Source: an uncultured Acidobacteriota bacterium | Lineage (GTDB): Bacteria > Actinomycetota > Acidimicrobiia > Spongiisociales > ZC4RG35 | Assembly (NCBI GenBank): GCA_963828465.1 | Contig: CAWHEU010000013.1 | Coordinates: 52,889 to 116,888, forward strand | Length of the DNA: 64,000 nt | Direction of reading: 5' to 3' | Part shown: positions 1 to 7,944 of the stretch, piece after piece | Numbering within the stretch: the first letter of the stretch is position 1 | How the letters are laid out: every line of letters starts with the position of its first letter | The notes under the pieces: model-generated | What the model saw: the letters and a program-made list of their open reading frames with translations, nothing else | Database searches by the model: none | Told to the model about the DNA's origin: nothing | Program-made: the position numbers and the translations under genes

Positions 1-1294
1 CGGGCGGCTATCGAGTCGATCATGGCCATCGGGCTCGCCCTCGATTGCCAGGTCTCGGATCGCTCGGTGTTCCACCGGAAGAACTACTTCTACGCCGACC
101 TTCCCAAGAACTATCAAGTCTCCCAATTCGATGTCCCGGTCTGCCACGACGGGCATCTCGACATCGAGGTCGACGGCGAGACACACCGGATCGGCATCGA
201 GCGCGCCCATATGGAGGAAGACACGGGTAAGTCCACTCATCTCGGCGCCGGTGGTCGCATCCACGCCGCAGAGGGGACGCTTCTCGATTTCAACCGGTCG
301 GGCGTGCCTCTGGTCGAGGTCGTGTCCAGACCGGACTTGCGCAGCGCCACCGAATCCCGGGTCTACGCACAGGAGCTGCGGTCGATCGTTGCCGAGCTGG
401 GGGTCTCCGACGCCAGATTGGAGGAGGGCTCGATCAGGTTCGACGCCAACGTCTCGATTCGGCCAGCAGGGCCAGGATGAATACGGCACCAAGGTCGAGA
501 TCAAGAACATGAACTCGTTTCGCTCGCTGGAAAGGGCAATCGCATTCGAGATCGAGCGGCAGATCGGAGTAGTCGAGTCGGGTGGTGAGGTGATCCAGGA
601 GACCCGTCACTGGGATGAGGAGACCGGGGTCACCCATTCCATGCGGGTCAAGGAGGGCTCCTCGGACTATCGCTACTTCACTGAGCCCGACCTCGTTCCC
701 ATGGTCATGACCCCGGAGTGGGTCGCCGGCATCGAAGAGCGACTCCCCGAACTGCCCGGTAGCCGCAGGGCCCGATACGCGGCACAGGGCGTGGCCGAGG
801 GCACCGCGGGCGTTCTCTCGGCCCTCGACGCCGATCTGCGACGGCTCTACGACGAAGCGGTGCTGTCAGGAGCACCGGCTCGGTCGGCGGCCAAGTGGAT
901 CACGGGTGAAGTCGTGGCCTGGCTGCGCAAATCCGAGATCGAAGCGCGGGACGCCGCCCTCGACGGGCCCGGCCTCGCCGAATTGATCGAGATGGTGGAC
1001 GACGGGTCCGTGTCGAGCTCAGCCGCCAAGGACGTACTCGATGGCGTCCTCTCGGGTGAAGGTCGCCCGAGGGAGGTTGCCGACACGAGAGATCTGCTCC
1101 AGGTGAGCGATTCCGGGACGCTGGAGGCCGCAGTCGCCGAGGTGCTGGCGGCCAACCCCCGCGCCATCGATGAGTTCCGCGCGGGCGAAGAGAAAGTGGT
1201 GGGGTTCCTGGTAGGCCAGGTCATGAAGGCCACGGAGGGCAGGGCGGATCCGCGGCTTGTCAACCAGCTCATCAGGGAGAGGATGTCGGGCTGA
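1..1294 (+). CDS. gatB: Asp-tRNA(Asn)/Glu-tRNA(Gln) amidotransferase subunit B; 5' end outside window; +1 frameshift near 468-472
   Basis: FHRKNYFYADLPKNYQVSQ, HMEEDTGKS, DFNRSGVPLVE and RFDANVS in frame 1; KVEIKNMNSF, QETRHWD, DYRYFTEPDL and GQVMK in the next frame. Removing one G from AGCAGGGCCAG joins them. Confidence 0.95.
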   Translation, partial: GRLSSRSWPSGSPSIARSRIARCSTGRTTSTPTFPRTIKSPNSMSRSATTGISTSRSTARHTGSASSAPIWRKTRVSPLISAPVVASTPQRGRFSISTGRACLWSRSCPDRTCAAPPNPGSTHRSCGRSLPSWGSPTPDWRRARSGSTPTSRFGQQGQDEYGTKVEIKNMNSFRSLERAIAFEIERQIGVVESGGEVIQETRHWDEETGVTHSMRVKEGSSDYRYFTEPDLVPMVMTPEWVAGIEERLPELPGSRRARYAAQGVAEGTAGVLSALDADLRRLYDEAVLSGAPARSAAKWITGEVVAWLRKSEIEARDAALDGPGLAELIEMVDDGSVSSSAAKDVLDGVLSGEGRPREVADTRDLLQVSDSGTLEAAVAEVLAANPRAIDEFRAGEEKVVGFLVGQVMKATEGRADPRLVNQLIRERMSG

Positions 1295-1320
1295 CCGGCG
1301 ACGGTTAGCGTCGGTCTCAC

Positions 1321-2754
1321 ATGCAGCGCCACACCAAGATCATCGCGACGCTCGGGCCCGCCGTGGCCTCGGCTTCCGGGATCCTGGCCTTGGTCGAAGC
1401 AGGGATCGATGTCGCCCGGCTCAACTTCTCGCACGGCGAGCACGAGATCCATCGCGCCATGGCCGGCTGGGTGCGCGATGCCTCCAAGGAGACCGGGCGA
1501 ACTGTGGCCCTCATGCAGGACATACAGGGGCCCAAGCTGCGTGTCGGCGAGTTCGCGGAAGGGAAGGTGACGTTGGAGCCCGGGCGGGAGGTGACTCTGG
1601 TGGCCGATGGGGCAGTGGGCAACGCCAACGTGATCCCGGTGGGGTACGAGCCATTGCTGCAGGACGTCGTGCCCGGGGACCGGGTGCAGCTCGCCGATGG
1701 GCTCATCCGGTGCGAGGTGGTGGAGCGGACCGAAGCCGGCCTCGTCGCCGCAGTACGGGTTGGCGGGGTCCTCTCGGACCACAAGGGAGTGGCCTTCCCC
1801 GACAGCAAGCTGACCCTGGAGATCATCACTCCCAAGGATGAGGTCGACCTCGCATTCGGGCGAGAGTTGGGGGTCGACTACGTCGCTGCATCGTTCGTTC
1901 GCAGCGGTGACGACGTCCGGAGCGTGGCCCAGCTGGCCGGCGAAGCGCCGATCGTTGCCAAGATCGAGCTCGCCCAGGCATACGAGAACCTCGATGACAT
2001 CATCGGGCCCTCCGCGGCGGTCATGGTGGCCCGAGGCGACCTCGGGGTTCAGTTGCCGCTGGAGAGGATCCCCCTCATCCAGGCCGAGATCCTCAAGAAG
2101 ACGAATGCGGCGGGCCGCATCTCGATCACGGCGACCGAGATGCTCGAATCCATGACCAAGAGCCCCCGGCCCACCAGGGCTGAAGTGACCGACGTCGCCA
2201 ATGCAGTGATGGCCGGCACCGACGCCGTGATGTTGTCGGGTGAGACCGCCGTTGGTGATTACCCGGTGGAGACGGTGACCGCCATGGCATCGATCTGTGT
2301 GGCGATGGAGGAGGGCACGCTTTCGACTCGCGGGCACCACTCCATACCGTTCGTCGGCGACGGCAACACGGTGGCATCGGCCGTTTCCCAAGCGGCCACC
2401 GAGATCGCGGTCAACCTGGAAGCCCAGACCATCGTGGCCTTCACCGAGTCGGGGAACACCGCCCGGCTGATCTCCAAGTACCGCCCCGAGGCGCGGATCG
2501 TGGCCTTCACCCCCAACGAGTCGACCCTCCACCAGATGGCCCTCTACTGGGGAGTCAGCCCTCACCCCTTCGAGCGCCGCACCTATACCGACGAGGAACT
2601 GGCCGCGGCCGCCGACATCCTCGAGCGGGAAGACGTGGTCAGGAGGGGCGATCGAGTGGTCATGGTGGCTGGGGTGCCACCGAATGTGCAGGCCTCCACC
2701 AACCTGGTCAAGGTCCATGTGATCGGCGAGACCTCCGGCGGCCTGGGGTCCTGA
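1321..2754 (+). CDS. pyk: Pyruvate kinase
   Basis: TKIIATLGPA, ARLNFSHG, DIQGPKLR, MVARGDLG, ATEMLESM, PTRAE, DAVMLSGETA. Confidence 0.97.
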   Translation: MQRHTKIIATLGPAVASASGILALVEAGIDVARLNFSHGEHEIHRAMAGWVRDASKETGRTVALMQDIQGPKLRVGEFAEGKVTLEPGREVTLVADGAVGNANVIPVGYEPLLQDVVPGDRVQLADGLIRCEVVERTEAGLVAAVRVGGVLSDHKGVAFPDSKLTLEIITPKDEVDLAFGRELGVDYVAASFVRSGDDVRSVAQLAGEAPIVAKIELAQAYENLDDIIGPSAAVMVARGDLGVQLPLERIPLIQAEILKKTNAAGRISITATEMLESMTKSPRPTRAEVTDVANAVMAGTDAVMLSGETAVGDYPVETVTAMASICVAMEEGTLSTRGHHSIPFVGDGNTVASAVSQAATEIAVNLEAQTIVAFTESGNTARLISKYRPEARIVAFTPNESTLHQMALYWGVSPHPFERRTYTDEELAAAADILEREDVVRRGDRVVMVAGVPPNVQASTNLVKVHVIGETSGGLGS

Positions 2755-2755
2755 A

Positions 2756-2804
2756 ATCTCCCCCTCCGTCGCCTCCGGCGACACCTCCCCCTACGGGGGA
2801 GGAA
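2756..2804 (+). repeat. Double-hairpin REP-like repeat, solo copy (R1)
   Basis: CCCCCTCC-GTCGCC(tcc)GGCGAC-A-CCTCCCCC(tac)GGGGGAGG-AA; identical to 49049-49094 except in the first loop. Confidence 0.9.
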
Positions 2805-2821
2805 CTACCCTGCCGACCCTC

Positions 2822-3115
2822 ATGGGCCAGACCGTCGTCGTCAACGAGGTGAAGGAGCTCGGCGACGTCCTGCTCATCGATACCGATCGGAGCTTCACCG
2901 GCCAGGATGGGATCGCCATGACGCCGTCCAGTCGGGGTGGGAGTGTTCCCGGTGTTCTCGCCGACCAACTGTTCGACCTTGGTCTGGGCGTCGATCACGT
3001 CTACGTGCTGCAGAATACTGTCACCGTGAAGCGCCCCGGGGGTTGGGACGAGGAGAGCAAAGCCGCGATCACCTCGATCGTGGAGAGCTTCCTGCGCTTC
3101 TACGACGAATCCTGA
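2822..3115 (+). CDS. Hypothetical protein, NifU/Nfu N-terminal-like scaffold domain
   Basis: 97 aa; TDRSFTG...LADQLF..GVDHVYVLQNTVTVKR..GW resembles the Nfu_N pattern. Confidence 0.6.
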   Translation: MGQTVVVNEVKELGDVLLIDTDRSFTGQDGIAMTPSSRGGSVPGVLADQLFDLGLGVDHVYVLQNTVTVKRPGGWDEESKAAITSIVESFLRFYDES

Positions 3116-3121
3116 CCGAGG

Positions 3122-5107
3122 TCAGGGAGTAGTGGGCGGTGTTGTCGCAGGCGGCACCGTGGTCGGCGGGACGGTCGTCGTCGGCGGGACAGTCGTCGGA
3201 GGGGGCACGGTGGTCGGTGGAACCGTCGTCGGGGGGACCGTGGTCGTAGTCGGGCAGGCAGTGGAGGTTCCCGGGACCATGCACGGGTGGACCTCGTAAA
3301 CAGCGAACCTGGGGGCGTAGCGCACCGTCCACTCCTGTTCCGAGACCACTTCGTTCTCGTCGCCGCCGAGCAGGATGCGCCGCGTAACGGTCACGCTCCA
3401 ACCTCCTAGCTCGGTCTGCGTCTGGTCCTCCTCGTTGATGCCCAAATCCGGGTTCGGCTCATACCGGGGCTCTGGCGGATCGGTCTCAGCGAAGCGATCG
3501 GAGACCGATCCTTTGACGTGGAGGGCGTTTGGCCCGCCTTCGGTGTCCACCCAGGCCCGGCTCTCGCCATCCGATTGCTCGCCCTTCAGAGTTCTGCCGT
3601 CGTTCTCCCCGAATATCCGCACGGTGATCGAGGTGTCGGAGTAGGTGGTGTCGATGAGGATGCCGTTGTCGGTGTTGTTGCGGAACTTGAGGTCGGGGGT
3701 TCGCCAGTTGAGGGTGGCCTCGACGCCTTCGGGATACCTGGAGAAGTAGTAGGAGTGGGGCTTGTGCTCGACGTCCTCGTAGCCACCCCAGAACACAGCG
3801 TTGTACATCGTCGTCGTGAACTGGCTGACCCCGCCGCCGACGGTGTCCTCGACCTCACCGGCGATGATGGTGCCGGCAGGGAGGTAGCCGTCCTCCAGAG
3901 TCCTCTGGCCGACATGGTCGTTGAGGCTGAATGTCTGTCCGGAGCCCACGATGGCCCCGTCGACCTCGTCGGCGATCGTGTGAATGTTCACAACACGGTC
4001 CTGACAGCAGTCGTAGTAGGTGGTGAATTGCGCCACGAGGTGGTTGATGTTGAGGCTCTCCAGATCGTCGGTCGTGACATCGGGCTCCGCGGCCTCGACC
4101 AGCGGCAGCTCCCCGATGCGCTCCGCGGTCATCGCCGCATCCGCCAGCCTCACGGCGGTCTCCTCGGCATCGATCTGGGTGCCGCTGGCGCCTGGGACAA
4201 TCGAGATGCTGTCACCAGAGATCTCGAACGTCGCGTCCACCGGCTCCGCCTCGACCTGGTCTCGTATCGAGTCCAGGTAACTGTCGATCAGCTCAGGGTC
4301 GAAGGAGTTGACGATGCGCGGCTCACTCTCGGTGACCGTCTCGGATCGGAAGGACTCGGTCAACTGGTCGACGGTGAAGACCACATCGACGTCTTCATGG
4401 TCGAGCTGGATCGGCTCGACGAGCATTGCTTGAGCCTGATCGACGGCACGGTCTACGTCTTCATCAGTGAGCACCGGCACGACGGTCGTTGTCGGGATCG
4501 AAGTGTGCTCCGGCTCGAGAGCGAGAAGGCTTGTCTCGACGATGGCCCGGGCCGCCGGTCGGTCGACGCCGGTGCCGACCTCGGGGTAGACAGCAGTCGG
4601 GCGGCCATCGGTGAGAATCACTCCACCCGGTGACGGGGGAAGGGCAATCACCTCGGCGTCCCAGGTGTCGAACACCTCCCCGATAGCCACGTCGTCTATC
4701 GAACCTCTGACGGGCACGTGCACCGTGTCGAATATGTGGCTGATCCACCAGGCGAACTCGGAGATCACGTTGCCGTTGCGCCCCACCAGCAGCGCCTCAT
4801 CGGCGATCGCCTGCTCGTTGATGTCGAGCCCGGCCTCAGGGGGCTGCATGCTGACGAACTTGCCCTCGATGTTGAAGACGGCCGGCCGGCCCAGGTATTC
4901 CTCCTCCACCGCCACCAACGCGCTCAGGGCTTGCTCCTCGTCGAGACCGCCGATCTGGGTGTCGGAGACCTCCACACGGCCCATCACCTCACCTCGGGAA
5001 GCCAGGCGGGTCAGGCCGTAGGCGGTGAGCAAGAGCAGCACGAGACCGGCCACACCCACGATGAGCGCGCCAAGCGGAGTCCTGACTGCGGAGAGATGCT
5101 TTTTCAT
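3122..5107 (-). CDS. VanW-family exported protein with peptidoglycan-binding region and Pro/Thr-rich tail
   Basis: N-terminal TM; RVVNI, FSLNDHVGQRT, GGGVSQFTTTMYNA, HKPHSYYFSRYPEGVEAT, DLKFRN. Confidence 0.88.
   Translation of the reverse strand: MKKHLSAVRTPLGALIVGVAGLVLLLLTAYGLTRLASRGEVMGRVEVSDTQIGGLDEEQALSALVAVEEEYLGRPAVFNIEGKFVSMQPPEAGLDINEQAIADEALLVGRNGNVISEFAWWISHIFDTVHVPVRGSIDDVAIGEVFDTWDAEVIALPPSPGGVILTDGRPTAVYPEVGTGVDRPAARAIVETSLLALEPEHTSIPTTTVVPVLTDEDVDRAVDQAQAMLVEPIQLDHEDVDVVFTVDQLTESFRSETVTESEPRIVNSFDPELIDSYLDSIRDQVEAEPVDATFEISGDSISIVPGASGTQIDAEETAVRLADAAMTAERIGELPLVEAAEPDVTTDDLESLNINHLVAQFTTYYDCCQDRVVNIHTIADEVDGAIVGSGQTFSLNDHVGQRTLEDGYLPAGTIIAGEVEDTVGGGVSQFTTTMYNAVFWGGYEDVEHKPHSYYFSRYPEGVEATLNWRTPDLKFRNNTDNGILIDTTYSDTSITVRIFGENDGRTLKGEQSDGESRAWVDTEGGPNALHVKGSVSDRFAETDPPEPRYEPNPDLGINEEDQTQTELGGWSVTVTRRILLGGDENEVVSEQEWTVRYAPRFAVYEVHPCMVPGTSTACPTTTTVPPTTVPPTTVPPPTTVPPTTTVPPTTVPPATTPPTTP
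3125..3255 (-). repeat. Coding low-complexity repeat (PTTVP)n at the VanW C-terminus
   Basis: PTTTTVPPTTVPPTTVPPPTTVPPTTTVPPTTVPPATTPPTTP. Confidence 0.85.
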
Positions 5108-5211
5108 GGAAGGCCGCCCCAAAACGACCTTTTGCCCGGGGCCAGCGATGGTAATGAGCAGTCCGCCGTTATCCGAAAATGTGACAGGACCGCTCTGTAC
5201 TCTCGATTCGA

Positions 5212-5988
5212 GTGACGATCCGATTCCCGGAAATGGTTCATGGGGAAGCCCTCAAGGTCTCGGCGTCGACCTACGTCACCTTCAAGAAATGCCCTGCCCA
5301 GGCCGGGGCGAGGCTGCAGGGAATCTATGGCCCGGAGAGCCGTCAGTCCTTCCTCGGCATCCTTGCCCATCGGATCTTCAGCCGGCATCTGACCTCGGGC
5401 TCGATCCCGTCCGATGATTTTGTGCAGGCATGTCGTGAGGAGATCGGCGGCTCGAGCCTGAACCACAAGATGGCGGACCTCGAAATGCGTCCGTCCGCCC
5501 TGGCTGCCGTCATCGAGGAGGTCCGTGGCCTCTACGAGCGTTTCACACGGCTGCCCTCCGAAGGGTTCGAAGGCTCCGAGCACAACCTCGAGGCGAACGT
5601 GGCCGAAGGTGTGGATTTGATGGGCACAGTCGATGCGGTTTACCGCGAGGATCTCGGTGGGTTCCGCCTTGTGGACTGGAAGACAGGCGAGCTCACCGAT
5701 CCCGAGGATCAGCTTCTGTTCTATGCGCTCTTGTGGCTGCTCGACAGTGGGGAGTTGCCGGCCTACGTAGAAGCGGTATCGGTTAGGACAGGGGAGCGGT
5801 ATCGAACTGTGCCCTCATCAGCAGACGCGGGGAGGGTGGCCGCCGAGATCGCTGAGCTGGTCGATCTCCTTCGCAACGCCTGGGCGACCGGCGCCGATCT
5901 TCCCCGGACCGGTGGTCCCTGGTGCCGGTATTGCCCGCTTCTCGAGGACTGTGAGGAGGGGAAATCGGTCGGGGCGCTGCTCGATTAA
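5212..5988 (+). CDS. PD-(D/E)XK nuclease, RecB/AddB/Cas4-like, probable 4Fe-4S
   Basis: SAS..FKKCP, G..AH, GTVDAV, LVDWKTG, QLLFYAL, CRYCP...C. Confidence 0.85.
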   Translation: MTIRFPEMVHGEALKVSASTYVTFKKCPAQAGARLQGIYGPESRQSFLGILAHRIFSRHLTSGSIPSDDFVQACREEIGGSSLNHKMADLEMRPSALAAVIEEVRGLYERFTRLPSEGFEGSEHNLEANVAEGVDLMGTVDAVYREDLGGFRLVDWKTGELTDPEDQLLFYALLWLLDSGELPAYVEAVSVRTGERYRTVPSSADAGRVAAEIAELVDLLRNAWATGADLPRTGGPWCRYCPLLEDCEEGKSVGALLD

Positions 5989-6003
5989 CAACACCCCGAC
6001 CGA
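5962..6003 (-). terminator. Hairpin/terminator of the minus-strand micropeptide transcript
   Basis: Minus strand TCGGTCGGGGTGTTGTT-AATCG-AGCAGCGCCCCGACCGA-TTT: 17-bp stem whose three G.U pairs form only on the minus strand. Confidence 0.7.
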
Positions 6004-6011
6004 GATGCCGA

Positions 6012-6071
6012 TCAGCAGCAGCGAATTCCGTCGCCGCCGCCACAGCAGTCGCTGTCATCGAGAAGGATCAT
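6012..6071 (-). CDS. 19-aa Cys-rich micropeptide MILLDDSDCCGGGDGIRCC, putative metalloid/metal chelator
   Basis: SD GAAGGGAG just upstream, upstream TTGACA-17-AAGGAT promoter, downstream hairpin, two CC pairs, divergent from arsR. Confidence 0.72.
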   Translation of the reverse strand: MILLDDSDCCGGGDGIRCC

Positions 6072-6086
6072 CACTACTCCCTTCGT

Positions 6087-6138
6087 ATCGATGATCTTCG
6101 ATACATTGATCCTTGTCGATATATCGACTAATGTCAAT
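6087..6138. promoter_or_regulatory. Three ArsR-type operator boxes overlapping divergent promoters
   Basis: 16-bp imperfect palindromes at 6087 (ATCGATGATCTTCGAT), 6105 (ATTGATCCTTGTCGAT) and 6123 (ATCGACTAATGTCAAT), exact 18-bp period. Plus strand TTGATC-17-TAATGT; minus strand TTGACA-17-AAGGAT. Confidence 0.75.
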
Positions 6139-6144
6139 ATGAGA

Positions 6145-6474
6145 ATGGAATGTTGTGAGCCGCTGTTTGGCGGGGTCCTGGAGGAGGAGGGAGCTACACG
6201 GACTGCTGCCATGTTTGCCGCGTTGGCGGATCCGGTCCGTCTCAGGATCGTCTCGATGCTGGCGGCCGCTCCAGAGGGGACGGCCTGTGGCTGCGAGCTG
6301 GAAGACCCGCTCGGGCTGGCTCAGCCGACCGTGTCCCACCATCTCCGCATCCTGCGCGAAGCCGGCCTCGTCGTTGGAGAGAGGCGGGGGCGATGGGTCC
6401 ATTACCGCGTCGTCCCGGAACGTCTCGATGAGATCAGGGACGCCCTCAGCCCACCCGTCCTAGACCCCGTCTAG
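6145..6474 (+). CDS. arsR: ArsR/SmtB metalloregulator with N-terminal CC (alternative start 6139)
   Basis: MECC; FAALADPVRLRI, ACGCEL, LAQPTVSHHLRILREAGLV, RRGRWVHY. Confidence 0.9.
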   Translation: MECCEPLFGGVLEEEGATRTAAMFAALADPVRLRIVSMLAAAPEGTACGCELEDPLGLAQPTVSHHLRILREAGLVVGERRGRWVHYRVVPERLDEIRDALSPPVLDPV

Positions 6475-7025
6475 CTCTCTTCGAGCATCTCGAGCAGGCG
6501 GGTCACTGTGTTCCAGTTGCGGGCGGTGCCGGTCACGCCGAGGACCTTCTCGAAATAGCTCAGGTCGAGCTTGGAGCGCCCCGAGCCGGCGGGGCCGTAT
6601 TGAACGAATATCTCCTGGCCCTCGACAGAGAACCGGTCGGCAGGTGAGCGATCAGGATCGAGCGCGACCACCCGGTCGTGAGCCGGCACCGATTCGAGGA
6701 AGACCGCATGAACCATCGTGGGGTTGATATCCGGCCCGAGGAAGGGGTTGGCCAGGACCGTATTCGCCATCCCATTCCGGTCCCGGACAATGACACGGAT
6801 AGTCAATCCGAGACTGTCGCTGATCACCTTTTCGATGAGCCCGGCAACTGCATCGGAATCGCCGGACGGGGGAGTCACGATCACGTTCCCGCTCTGGAGA
6901 TGCGTCCGGACATCGCCCAGGCCCTGCAGCTCGAGCAATGATCTGAGCTCGGCCATCGGCACCCTGACCCCTCCCACATTGACTCCGCGGAGGAGCGCAA
7001 CCACACGCTCCGGAGTCTCAGGCAT
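6471..7025 (-). CDS. DUF1697 family protein
   Basis: VALLRGVNVGG, VRTHLQSGNV, GTARNWNTV. Confidence 0.9.
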   Translation of the reverse strand: MPETPERVVALLRGVNVGGVRVPMAELRSLLELQGLGDVRTHLQSGNVIVTPPSGDSDAVAGLIEKVISDSLGLTIRVIVRDRNGMANTVLANPFLGPDINPTMVHAVFLESVPAHDRVVALDPDRSPADRFSVEGQEIFVQYGPAGSGRSKLDLSYFEKVLGVTGTARNWNTVTRLLEMLEES

Positions 7026-7900
7026 CGAGCTCCGACCGGTAATGCGCCGAACCGGGACCGATCGGGGCACGAACTCCACGATGCTCCCATTCACCACCGA
7101 GTGCGGTCGAGACCACCTCTTCGGAGTTGCTCGGTTGGGCGCCAAAGGTCGGGTCGATCGCCGTCGGTCCTTCGACGATGGTGTTGGTCAACGCCCCGAG
7201 GCCCTCCACCGTGACCGTCACCACGTCTCCGGGGTCAACCGGTCTCGACCCGGCCGGGGTCCCGGAGAGGATGATGTCCCCGGGCAACAGCGTGATGGTG
7301 CGAGCCAGATCCGCCACGAGATACCCCATGTCCCATTCCATCTCGTCGGTGGACCCTTCCTGGCGGATCTCACCGTTCACATGCGTCGTGATTTCCTTTC
7401 CCCTGAATGTCCCAGTCGGTGACGAGCCCGGGGCCGATCGGGCAGAGTGTGTCAGAGCCCTTGACCCGGAGCATCGAGCCGGCGTCGGTGTCACGGAAGT
7501 CGTGCAGCCCGAAGTCGTTGGCGATGGTGTATCCGGCGATCCGTGATTCGGCTTCGCGGATCGAGACATTGCGACATGTCTCCCCGATGACGATGGCGAT
7601 CTCCCCCTCGTAGTTGAGGTACCGGCAACCTTCGGGCCGGACCACGCTGCCGCCGTGGGAGTTCAGCGCACTCGTCGGCTTCTGGAAATAGGTAGGCGCC
7701 GGAGGGAGCTTCGTCATGAACTCCTCCACGCGGCTGCGGTAATTGAGGTGAACGGCGATGATCTTCGACGGCTCGACCGGAGGGAGGTGAATCGCCTGCT
7801 CGGCCGGGACCCTGTGTCCGTCATCCGCCACGAGCTCCTCGCCTGCTCTGACGACCTGGGTGGCTACGCCGTCGAGCAGGATCCTTCGGTGTTCCGCCAT
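7018..7900 (-). CDS. Fumarylacetoacetate hydrolase family protein (HpaG-like); frameshift near 7408
   Basis: PSKIIAVHLNY, YFQKP, NYEGEIAIVIG, GYTIANDF, KGSDTLCPIGP; then in another frame TLLPGDIILSGTPAG. One extra A in GAC(A)TTCAGG. Confidence 0.85.
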
Positions 7901-7944
7901 CCGGCCCCACGGTACCCATGCAATGCCTGCGATCATGTGGGCAA

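Noticed and set aside
460-485. Programmed frameshift in gatB
   Set aside because: No slippery heptamer; other indels in the window favour sequencing error.
847-2784. 645-aa minus-strand ORF and similar long ORFs (11739-13559 +, 45229-47028 +, 60123-61841 -, 38092-39246 -, 3518-4633 +)
   Set aside because: Antisense shadows of well-supported genes in high-GC DNA, with no recognisable motifs.
3122-5107. Vancomycin resistance locus
   Set aside because: VanW domains are widespread, and no vanHAX or vanRS genes are present.
5783-6212. Longer minus-strand ORFs 6012-6212 (66 aa) and 5783-6058 (91 aa) as the real genes
   Set aside because: The first runs through the operator/promoters and overlaps arsR; the second overlaps the nuclease gene and crosses the hairpin. 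SD and promoter positions favour the 19-aa ORF.
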